Source of the DNA: a virus
Virus record (IMG/VR): IMGVR_UViG_3300012582_000005
Coordinates: 1 to 64,000 of that record
DNA length: 64,000 bases
Strand: one strand, 5' to 3'
Below, piece by piece: positions 17,345 through 28,800 of the stretch (its first letter is position 1; each line of letters starts with the position of its first letter). The notes beneath the pieces are model-generated. The model searched no databases. It saw only the letters and a list, made by a program, of their open reading frames with translations, and was not told where the DNA came from. Made by a program: the position numbers and the translations under genes.

Positions 17345-18418
17345 ATGAAAAAAACAAAAGTAAGAACATATTCAGAAAATTATGATGAAAATCTTTTGAA
17401 AATGTACATGGAAGCAGGTTTTAACTATGGTATGAAGCTTGAAAATGGATCGGTTGTAGAAGGTGTATTGTTGGGACAAACAAATAGCCATATCTTAGTA
17501 GATATTGGTTATAAAGATTGTGTTCTTATTGATATAAAAAGAGATGAATATTTAGCGTTAGAAAAGTTAGGTAAAACTGTTGGTGATACTACAGAAGTAA
17601 TGATTATTAATGTTACGGAAGATCCATATCTTATTATGGGTAGTTTTACACAGTTAAATAGAAAAGACGCTTTTGCTGAAATTTTAGAAAATGCTGATAG
17701 AACAATTTTTGTATCTAAAGTAATGGAGTGGTCTCCAGCAGGATTTAAATTGGACATCACTTATGATGAACATAAAGTTCCAGCATTTATGCCGAATACG
17801 TTAGCGGGTATTAATAAATTATCACCAGAACAATCACAGGAATTAATAGGAAAGGAAATTCAAGTAATGATTGAGTCTTTTTCAGATGATAGAGGCACTT
17901 TTATTGCAAGTAGAAAAAAATATCTACAAACATTAATTCCTACAGCATTAGATAATTTAAAAATCAAAAATGATGATGGTACTTACGCACTTCTTACTGG
18001 TACAGTAACAGGTACAACTAAATCAAGTGTGTTTGTAGAATTTAATGAATGTTTAACAGGTATGATTCACATTTCAAATTTAGAATCTTCCGTTGCATCT
18101 AAAATAGACAATGTTAAACCAGGTGATTCAATTAACTTCTATGTAAAAGAAGTAATTAAAGGGAAACTATTCTTAACACAAGTTATTAGAGTATCTGCGT
18201 GGGATTCTGTCACCAAAGATGATATCTTTTCTAATGTTAAAATTAAAGATGTTAAGAAATTTGGAGTATTGGTTCAAATTGATCAAGAAACTGTTGGTTT
18301 GATTTCTAATAATGAATTAGAAAAATCTAAAAAAACATTCAAAGTTGGAGATTCGGTAAATGTGAAAGTTACTTATATTCAAAGAATGGAAAGAAAATTG
18401 AGCTTATCAATTGTCTAA
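17345..18418 (+). CDS. Ribosomal protein S1-like protein with four S1 (OB) domains
   Basis: There are four S1-type repeats, for example GSVVEGVLLGQTNSHILVDIG, GTVTGTTKSSVFVEFNECLTGMIHISNL and VKIKDVKKFGVLVQIDQETVGLISNNEL...VGDSVNVKV. Confidence 0.75.
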   Translation: MKKTKVRTYSENYDENLLKMYMEAGFNYGMKLENGSVVEGVLLGQTNSHILVDIGYKDCVLIDIKRDEYLALEKLGKTVGDTTEVMIINVTEDPYLIMGSFTQLNRKDAFAEILENADRTIFVSKVMEWSPAGFKLDITYDEHKVPAFMPNTLAGINKLSPEQSQELIGKEIQVMIESFSDDRGTFIASRKKYLQTLIPTALDNLKIKNDDGTYALLTGTVTGTTKSSVFVEFNECLTGMIHISNLESSVASKIDNVKPGDSINFYVKEVIKGKLFLTQVIRVSAWDSVTKDDIFSNVKIKDVKKFGVLVQIDQETVGLISNNELEKSKKTFKVGDSVNVKVTYIQRMERKLSLSIV

Positions 18419-18422
18419 AGTT

Positions 18423-18455
18423 AAAAAGTCCGATTAATAAAAAATCGGACTTTTT
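18423..18455 (+). terminator. Intrinsic terminator
   Basis: GTCCGATT, 7-nt loop, AATCGGAC, then TTTTT. Confidence 0.65.
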
Positions 18456-18486
18456 ACAAGTAATTCAAAAAAATAAATTAGTTAAG

Positions 18487-19725
18487 ATGCGTAATAAAAA
18501 TAAAAATTCAGCACATTTCAATCATCCAGACTGGAGTATTGAAGCATATGATTTAACAAGAGAATTTATTGAAACGAATGAAACTTTTCCTAATAATACA
18601 ATTTTTGTTGGAGCTAATTATAATAAAGGGTATATAAGTTTTGATAGATTAGTGAAAAAAATTATTGAACTTGGTGGTGAAGTTATTTTTAAATCATCTA
18701 CATACAATTTAGGACCAAGAAAAGTATATTATTTTGTTGATGATAGATATTATATTTTTGAAAATGTACATTATAGAAAACATGATAATTTCATAGGTGT
18801 TAATGATGACGAGAAAGGTAAATTGATGTCTATTGTTGGGTCATTAACAGTAATGCATAAAGAAGAAGTTTTGGATAAATCTGTTGTAGATATAATTGAA
18901 GGATGTTTATTAAAAACCGAAACAGTCCCAATGATTGGTATTATTTCTAGAGATCAATCAGGTTTCTTCTTAAATGAAATAAAAATGGAAGCTGATGTAT
19001 CAAATGAATTGAATTTGCATTATGGTAGCACTTTTGATAAATTTCACGAAAAACTTCTTGAAAAATTAATAAACACAAATAAAGGTTTAACTTTACTACA
19101 CGGTGATCCAGGTACAGGTAAATCATCTTATATTCGTAAATTGATTTATGATTTAAAACAAGAAACAAATAAAAAGATTATTATTGTTCCAAATAATTTG
19201 ATTGGATATTTAGTAGATCCAGAATTTAATACTTTTCTTTTAGATACAATAGAGTCATATCAATATGATGATGAAGAATATGGTGAATTTTCAGAAGATG
19301 GTGATGATGACACAGAAGATGAGAATATTTTAAATGGTATGATTCTGATTCTTGAAGATGCTGAATCGGTTCTCTTAAAAAGAGAAAGAGGTGACTCAAA
19401 TCAAGGTACTAGTAATATTCTTAATTTAACTGATGGTTTGCTAAATGATATTTTTGGAATCCAGGTGATCTGCACTTACAATACATCCGATGATAATATA
19501 GATCCAGCTGTTATGAGAAGTAAAAGATTAATTGCGAAAAGAAATTTTAAAAAATTATCAATTGAAAATAGTAAAAAACTAGCTATACATTTAGGTGTTC
19601 CTGATGTTAAATTAATAACGAAAACTATGAGTGTAGCTGATATTTATTCAATGTTAGATAAAGAAAGCGAAGATATACTTATACAAAAGGACGATAGCGA
19701 TGTGGAAATTGGATTTAAAATATGA
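18487..19725 (+). CDS. AAA+ family ATPase
   Basis: Walker A is LLHGDPGTGKSS and Walker B is ILILEDAE. An acidic insert DDEEYGEFSEDGDDDTEDE is present. Confidence 0.75.
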   Translation: MRNKNKNSAHFNHPDWSIEAYDLTREFIETNETFPNNTIFVGANYNKGYISFDRLVKKIIELGGEVIFKSSTYNLGPRKVYYFVDDRYYIFENVHYRKHDNFIGVNDDEKGKLMSIVGSLTVMHKEEVLDKSVVDIIEGCLLKTETVPMIGIISRDQSGFFLNEIKMEADVSNELNLHYGSTFDKFHEKLLEKLINTNKGLTLLHGDPGTGKSSYIRKLIYDLKQETNKKIIIVPNNLIGYLVDPEFNTFLLDTIESYQYDDEEYGEFSEDGDDDTEDENILNGMILILEDAESVLLKRERGDSNQGTSNILNLTDGLLNDIFGIQVICTYNTSDDNIDPAVMRSKRLIAKRNFKKLSIENSKKLAIHLGVPDVKLITKTMSVADIYSMLDKESEDILIQKDDSDVEIGFKI

Positions 19726-19768
19726 TAATATCAAATAAAATAGAAATTATATGTCTTAGAATTGATAA

Positions 19769-19797
19769 AAAAGGTAGCTTGTAGACTACCTTTTTTA
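19769..19797 (+). terminator. Intrinsic terminator-like hairpin
   Basis: A-run, GGTAG, loop, CTACC, then TTTTTT. Confidence 0.45.
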
Positions 19798-19834
19798 TTT
19801 AAAAGACTCTTAAATAGTAAAAAGAATGTTGTAA

Positions 19835-19847
19835 AATAATATATAAC
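19835..19847 (+). promoter_or_regulatory. Late-promoter-like element
   Basis: AATAATATATAAC lies 18 nt before the TTG start of the giant ORF. Confidence 0.3.
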
Positions 19848-19865
19848 TAAAATAAATCTTTTATT

Positions 19866-22800
19866 TTGGCCAATAGTGTTAAATTACTGAATTACTTAGA
19901 TCCGCAGGACAATTACTTAAGATTTTACACTGAATTAGATTCTGATTTCGAAGTTGGTGATAAAGTGTTCATTATTGGTGGTAATTATGACAATACATTT
20001 TATACAGATAAAACTCATAATGGATTTAATCCATTTCATCAATATGCTGCTGGATATGTAATTTTAGATGTTGATCAAACAACTGTTTCTAATGCTATCA
20101 CATTAAATATTAAGTTTAGTGATGCTACATTTAATTCAGGTGGTATACAAACATTGATTTTTGATCCTAAACCTGTGTATAAAACAGAGATTGAATTATT
20201 ATTAGAACCTAATCAGGTAAGAGAGGCTTATATATCAAAGACATATTTTAAAAGAGGTGAATTTAATGGTGGTAAATTCCAAGATGGTATTTTTGGAGAA
20301 TATAACATTAAAGGTACTCACGATTCAAATAAAGTATATCAAAGACAACATTTTGTTGATTTATTACGTGCTACATCTGTTGTAGCAAATGATATAGTTA
20401 CAGTTAATGCTATCGATGCTTATGATTATACTACATTGGAAACGCCTGTAAATAACAATAGAACTAAATTCAATAACAATTTTGATAATACACCTGCTGA
20501 ATGGACAGGTGGTATATTTTTAGGAGGTGATTTTCAATGGGGTGAATGGAAATCTAAAAATAGTGATACTAAATCAGGTAAATTACAAAAACTCAATGAT
20601 GATTTTGGTATTAAAAATATATTAGATAATTCTAAATATGATATTGAAACATTCACTGATAATAATAATGGTGTTGGATATAATCAATTTATATCTGGTA
20701 ATTTTGCTAGAATATATTCGGGAAATTTAGAAATAGATTTTGATGTAATCAATAAAGAAATAATTTTCACAACAGTTCCTTATGTAATATCAAAAGCATT
20801 TGAAAATGGTTTTGATATTCAATTAAAAATAAAATCATCCATTAAAAATAGTAGAATATTTGATGTTGTATATAATGGTTCTAATGCTTTAGTATTGAGT
20901 GAATATCAAATATTTGATAATGATTTTACATTAGAGCAAGAATTATATTCTGAAACACAAGCATTTCATGATATAGAAATTTATGCTAAAGATAAAGTAG
21001 GAAAACCAGTTAGATTCTCTACAGGTAGAGTACTTTCTGCTGATTGGTTTGGTGGAGTGTTTGAAAAAGGTAGTTTTGAAGGTGGTGATTGGTATTGGGG
21101 TGAATTTAAAACAGGTACTATATCTACATCATATCAAACATCTAATTGGTGGGATGGTGTATTTAATGGTTCTGTAGATGAATCTTATGCTGAAAATCTT
21201 AGATGGTATAATGGTAATTGGGTGAATGGTAATTGGAAAGGTGATAGTAAAATTTCAGTTGAATCTATTATATATGATAATAGTGGATATATTAAAATTG
21301 ATGTTCATACGAGATATAAACATTTATTTAAAATAGGTGAAAAGACATTTTTATCGTATTTTAAGAAAGGTATTACAAATTCATATTTAGAAAATTATAC
21401 TGATGTAATTAATGATTATGTAATTAATTTTCAAACATTTAATTTAATTGATATTATTGAAGATAGTGCTAATAAAGCATTATTTAAAGTTACTCTACTA
21501 TTACAAGGTAACTTAAATCCATCTATTCTTAAAGATATTAATTTACAGTATGCTAAAGTAAGTCAATCACATTTTAAAAAAGGTATTTGGAGAAATGGTA
21601 TTTGGGAATCTGGTTTAAGAGAAGTTCAAAATTATAAAATTACTGATTTTGATGCTGGTACTAATTTCTTGCCTAATAAACAAATGCAGTTAACTATTAA
21701 TACTATTGATAATTTAAAAGTTGGTGATAAAATTGAAATTACAAATTTTAATTTAGTAAGAGATATTGATATTGAATATTTAGAAGATGTTGTATCTACA
21801 AACGATAATAGACTTGATCAAGAATATTTTCAAAGTTTGGATTTAACTCTTACTGTTATTAATATTACATCAGGAACAGCAGGAAATAATGTTATTGTTA
21901 GATTCCCAATAAATTCTACTACAGGTGATATAGATTTACCAGAAATTAGCAAGGATAATTTAGCATGGTTTACTGATGATGGATTGAAAAGAATAGATTT
22001 AATTAATATAGAGAATGGTAAAACTGAGCTAGCAACATGTTTATGGATGAATGGTGAATTTAGAAGTGGTGCTTGGAGAGGTGGTTTATGGAAAAACGGA
22101 ATATTGTCAAATTTATTATATTTTGATAATGTTAATACACAAATACAATCTGTATGGCAATCTGGATATTGGAAAAATGGTACATTTACTAACGGTGCAT
22201 TTTTATCAGGTGTATGGCAAACAGGTGTATGGAAAAATGGTATCATGACAAATTTATTTGAAAATGATGATATAAATAGTGAAAATATTTATTCTGATGG
22301 TGATTCAGTTTGGATAGACGGTATATTTGAAAATGGTACTTGGAGAAGAGGATTATTCTTAGAAGGGAAATTCCTTAATGGTACGATTATTAATGGTGGT
22401 ATCAATTCAATTGAGTGGACAAAAGGACAATATACTAATGGGTTTGGTGAATATGTAAAAACAAATAATATAAATAAAACTGGTAGATTTATAGATAGTA
22501 AGAATGAATATGATACATTATCAGCACCATCATTAATTTATATTGATAGAGATGGTTGGACACAATTAGATCAACCCTCATTTTATCAAAAAGGATATAA
22601 TATAATTTTTCAAGATTTAGATTTACATGGTAATAATCCATTCAACAATCAAATGTTTAGTGTTCAGAATCGTGATATGTATGGTTCTAAACTTAAAATT
22701 GTTGATTCTACATCAGGTGATAACCCATTATTAAATTCACTATCATTACCAATAATAGCAACCGATAATATTGTTGATATTGTTGAAATGGGAACATCTG

Positions 22801-25800
22801 GAAATATATGGATAGCAGATAGTGGTAATAAAAGGATTCTTGAAGTAAATCAAAATACAGGCTTAGTAGATGTATTAGGAAAAGTTATAGGTGATTCAAT
22901 AAAAGATAAATTTGATTTTTCTAATATTAAATTTATGTTTAAAGGAACAGCATTTGTTTATGTTGTAGATGGAAGTACTGTTAAGTTAATTAATGAAGAT
23001 AAAGATATTATAATAACACAAACACCTGGTTTAGCATTGGGTGAAGAGATTGTTGATATGTGGGTAGCTTCTCAAAATCAAGTATTGAATGAAGTTGTAT
23101 ATCTTCTTACTAATTTAGGTAAAATATATTACTGGGTTCCTATGTGGAGCTCATTCAAGAGTTTAATAGCATTATCTTACACAGTTGATGTTCCTGTGTC
23201 ATTTGTTGGTGTTAGACCTGATCAAAGCTCAAGAACTCACTTATTATTAAATACTCTTAATAATGGCATATCAAAATTAAAATATGCAGTATTGGATTAT
23301 TCATTTAGTAATTTGACATATACAATGACATCAATCGTTGATACTGTAATTACTTTTAAAAATGATACTGTGGAAGGAACAGATATTAATAAGATTGAAA
23401 AAGTAACTGCATCATACGTAAGTGGTAAATTCAATGTATGGTTATTGTCATCTAAATATGATTCATCTGTACAAAATATTTATAGAGCACCGTATGATTT
23501 CACATTAAATTTATTCGATTTTGATGCTGAAAAATTAAATAGTAATGAATTAGATTATCCTGTTGATAGATTTAGATTGGGATTAAATAGTGAGCATTTG
23601 ACAATTATTGGTAAAAAAGATACATATAATGTATTTTTCTCTAAAGCTAAAATAGCTAAAAGTGAGTTTGGTTTGGGTAATCCATCATCTACAATTAAAT
23701 TGTTTGATATACATCAAAATCTTACCGATAATGTTAAATATTGGATTTATGACGATGAGCCAAAAAGTAAGAGGATATTATACATCACTGAAGGTAATGA
23801 TCCTGAAAATTTCTATAATAGCGAATTATCTGATACAATAGAATCTGATGTTGATGTAATTCAATTAATACCAGGTGAATCTACAAATATTGTATATGCT
23901 ATAATTAAAAGAAGTACAGTAACTTCTGAAGAATATAAAATAAGAAAAGTTGATAATAGTAAGATAGATAGTGAAAATAGTATAGAAAATGATACAACGT
24001 TCACATTCAGTTCTATTTATGATGGTGTATTTATAAAAGATACTTTGTATATAATTGCAAATGATGGTAGTGGTGTTAAAGTATTTAATGTTGATACAAA
24101 TCTCGTTGTTTCATTAACAACATTTTCAACAAGTTTTAGTGTATTTACTGGTACAGGATTTAGAATGCATGGTGTAGAAGATGGTAGTGATATTATCTTA
24201 ATGATTTATGAAAAAGGCATCAATAAAGTATGGGAAGCTAGAGTAAATTCTATTATTACTAATATATTCTTCTTATCATCAACTTTAAATGGTGTGATTG
24301 ATATAGCAGTTGCTAAATCACCATCTTATGTACATTTATATTTAGCATATGCAAATAAAGTAGTAATGTCTATTTCAGATAAAAGTGTAGCGGGACATTA
24401 TTCATGGACAGAAAACATTAAAGATATTGTTTATAATGGTAGTGGTATTGAAGAAATTGTAAAAACAGAATTTAATAAAATAGTTGTTAAATATGGTATT
24501 GATTTTGATATTTTTGATATTGACTACACAAGTACAGATAAAACTATTGAAGAGGCTGTATTAAATGGAACTAATTTTTGGGCTATTTCAAATAATACTA
24601 TTTTAAAGGTAAATAATTCATCGACTGGTGCGGATACTTATGAAGTATTACAAGGTAAATATAGACAAATTTCTAGACCACATGTATTTGCAGCATCAGT
24701 AAATAATAATGATAATGTTTTAGGAAAACCTAAATCAATAATACATGCACCTTCATTTGGTGGTGGAAGCTACATATATTTTATAGATGAATTCTCAGGA
24801 TCATCTTCATATAATATAATTAGAAGAATAAATACTTCAACTAATGCTACATCAATAGAAAACTTTGGTTCTGATAAAACTAAGTACATATTAGATTTAT
24901 CTTATGATATAGCTAATAATAGACTTTATGTTTTATATAGAAGTGGATCTGATACTAAAATTGGATATTTATCAACAGTTGATGGCAGTATAACAAATGG
25001 TAATACTTTTGTTGCAAATACAACAATAAGGAAAATTAGTGTTATGAATGATAGTGGTACTATTTATGTTGCGATGCTTTATGTGTTGTTGGATGGAACA
25101 AGCCAAATAATAATTTATAATACATTTTATTCAATATTTAACACATTAAATATACCTTCTATAGTATCTGATATTAGTTTTATTATTAATAACTCATCTA
25201 TATCAAACAAGTATCAAATATTTTTTGTTAATGCTGATAAAAATTTGAATTTATTTTCCAATAATGCACTTACTGGTACATGGACTAAAAAATCAATGGG
25301 ATTATCAGTTAATACAATTAATGAAAAATTAGATACAAACGATTTAATTTATGTTGATGGTAGTCAAACTATAAATTATATTAAAACTACAGGTGATACA
25401 TCAGAAGATAGATTATCTGTTAAAGATATGGCTTTTTATAAATTGGTATCGCCAGAATCAATATTTTTCTATAATTTACCTCAAATTGGTAGTAGCGGTA
25501 TTACTAGAGAATCTATACCATCGAACTTAAGTGATGGTATAGATTTATCATTAACAACACAAATAGATAATGATATAAGTGTTAATTCATCATCATTTAA
25601 AAAAATGGTAGCAATATCGAGTGATGTTGTATATGCTATGTTTGATAATAGTATTTATGAATATAATTTCAATGCTGTATCATTAACTAATTTAGTTGCA
25701 CCTGTACTCGAATATAGAAATTCTCTTGATCAAACACCAGTTGGTATAAATAGTATCTATCACCATAAAGCTATTGATATAGCTGTTGTTAATGGTGATT

Positions 25801-28800
25801 TAATAACTATTTTTGAAATAGTAGATACTTTAAATAATGGTACAGGTAAATATAATATTTTTAGATATATCGGAACAGATTTTGTTAATATAGATTATTT
25901 ATATTATAGTTTAACAGAATCAATTGCAGAAGATGGTGGAACTAATGGTGAAGTATTCCCTATGGGAACTGGTGGTATTAAATATTTATTTAATTCTGTC
26001 ATAGAGCCTAAAATAGCAGGGAAAACAGAGACTACTGATAGTGATACATCAGAAAGCATTTACATATACATGAAAGAATCAATTTCATCATCTGAAATAT
26101 TCTTAAAAGTTATTCAAAAAGTGGGTATTGATATAATTCAAAATTCACAATTTGCTGATTTAGTATTTTTATTAAATATACCTGGTTTTGATTCTTCTAT
26201 AGAAACTCTTACAACAGCTTATATAACACCTAATCCGTTAGGTGGTTCAACACCATTAGCATCAACATCATTTGTAAATGTTTATGATTCTGTACCTGTT
26301 TCTGATACTCAGAAAATGTATGTAATATTTGAAAAACCAATTGGTCAATTATTTCAGATAGATACTAATTATACAATAAGTGTTAAATTTGATAGTAATA
26401 TAGCTACAAATCCACCATCATATACAGACGTATATGATTTTAGAGTATATAAAAATAACTCTTCTGATGAATTATTAATTAGAGAAAATGGTACTAATTT
26501 TCCTATTAATACAGTAATAGATGTACTTAATAATGGATTTTGGGAATTAGTTAGAACACAAGAAGGTAAATGGGTAGTAGATAACATGGATGCTATAATT
26601 TCACCAACTCTTACTGATGGTGATGATTTAGAAATTCGTTCTTTAATTAAGGCGAGTAATTTTACAGTTATAGAACTTGATATTGTAATAACAAATAATA
26701 ATACTATACAACTTGATTTATTGATTTTACCAGCACTTGATAAATCATATCATTTCGATTCATTCAATGGTATTGATAGAGGTTATAAAGTAATTAATAC
26801 CCGCGGCAATCAAGTATTATCTCCTTATGTAACAGGTAGAGTATTATTTGAAACTATTGTTAATACCGATGTATCATTTAACGCTAATGGTACTGCTGAA
26901 TCTGGACACGTTGTTTCTACAAGATGGAAGAATGGTTTATTTATTGGTTCATGGGATGCACCTCGATATTTAAATTATAATATAATTACTAAATATTCAG
27001 TATTTATTAGTGGTATATTTGAAGGTAAATTCTATGATGGTTTCTTTTTAGGTGGTACATTTAGAAACCCTGTTAATTCAGAGTCTATATTACTACAAGG
27101 CCATTTCATGTCTGACGGTGCTAATATTAATTGGGAGTCTGGTAAAGTTCAATCTGATTATCGTTATGATATTCATAATATTAAGTGGGACGATGTTAAT
27201 AATGGTATATTAAAAGTTTTAGTACAAGGATTAACATATGACGGTGATGATTATATACCACAAACACCTACTCAAATAGCATCAGGTTCATTGGTTCAGA
27301 TACCAACATTATTTAAGAAAAATGAAATTGCGATTGAAAAAATCACAAGAGGTAAAATTTCTATAGTGAGTGGAAAAGATGAAATAATATTAAAAGTTTT
27401 AGCACCAGAGTATTACGATGAAAAATTATGGGTTAATAATAATATATTTATAAGCTCTTCAAATTATACGGAATATCTCTTTGGTGAATTTATAGTTAAC
27501 CATTCATATGTAAGTGATGGATTTTTATATCTTATCATAAACTCTAAATTTAATGCGTTTGATGTTAATGGTGAATACGAACCATTAATTAAGCCTAAAT
27601 TACTAATTGCGTTCTATAATAAAATTATATCTAAAACGGATTATACTGATGGTTTTACAGAATTTGAAATAGCTCTTCCTGTTCCAAGTAACATAATTAA
27701 CACACTTAATACTTATTCCGACAAATTGAGATTAGTTAAATCATATTATATAAATGATAATATAGATGTATTATTGTATGGTAATTTTGTTGGAGATTTT
27801 ATAATTCCAAATTATTTACAAATGTTTGCATTTACATTTAATAAAACATATAATGATGTTATATTAAGATTTAATTCAAAAGCTACTAATTTATATTTAA
27901 ATAATATTATAAGTGATAATAACACATCGTATGTTTCTGTTGATTTGAATACATCTTCAGCATCTTTATTTGCAATAGATGTAATGGTTAAAAATTCATA
28001 TTTAACATCATCTAATGTTAATAATTGGATAGAAGAAAGTATTTTCTTATCAGGTAAAACTGATAGAAGATGGGTATCTGGTGCATGGTTAAATATTGAT
28101 GATAAAGGTTTCTCTAATGGTAAATCGCAGTTTGGTGATTCGACTATAATGCCATTATTTGATGGTGAGCCTACAAAAGTAATTGACATTGCATTCGAAA
28201 GTAGAGAATATATTTGGATTCAATTAGAAAATTTAATACAAAATGTTGATAAACATAGATATATTACATTAAGAGGATTTACTGGTAATAAATCTAATTT
28301 AATTGGTTCTACACGATCTAAAGTATTTAGAATAGAAGAAGTGGATTCATATTGGATTAAAATTAAAAATCCATTTAAATATTATTATGGTTTAAATTCT
28401 ACAAATTCATCACCATATTTGAAAGATTTTAATGTTGATGAATTACAAATTCAAAAACAAACAATGTCTTTAAAAGCACTTACTACTTCTTCTATTGATG
28501 CTAAAATTGATACGGGTGGAACAAATTTCATATTTGAATACGGTTGGGCATCAGTTTCATCATGGAATGGTGGCGACTTCTATGGTGATTTTAATTCTAT
28601 TTGGAATGCTGGTAATTTCAGAGATGGTAATTTTAATGGTAAATGGTTTGGTAGTCCAGAATCTTCTAACTGGCAAGGTGAGATACAATTAAATAGAGAT
28701 GATTTGGGTAATAAATTCTTACTTACAATAAGAGGGTTGAACGGAATTGTTAGAGAGAAGGATTTGATATACATTAAATTTAATTCAATTTTTAATAACA

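Noticed and set aside
21830-22248. ORFs 21830-22246(-) and 22051-22248(+) inside the giant gene.
   Set aside because: They are shadow frames of the G-x-W-x-x repeat region, with low-complexity, repeat-derived translations such as PFFH and VYGK. They lie entirely within a 14.6-kb ORF that has coherent domain content.
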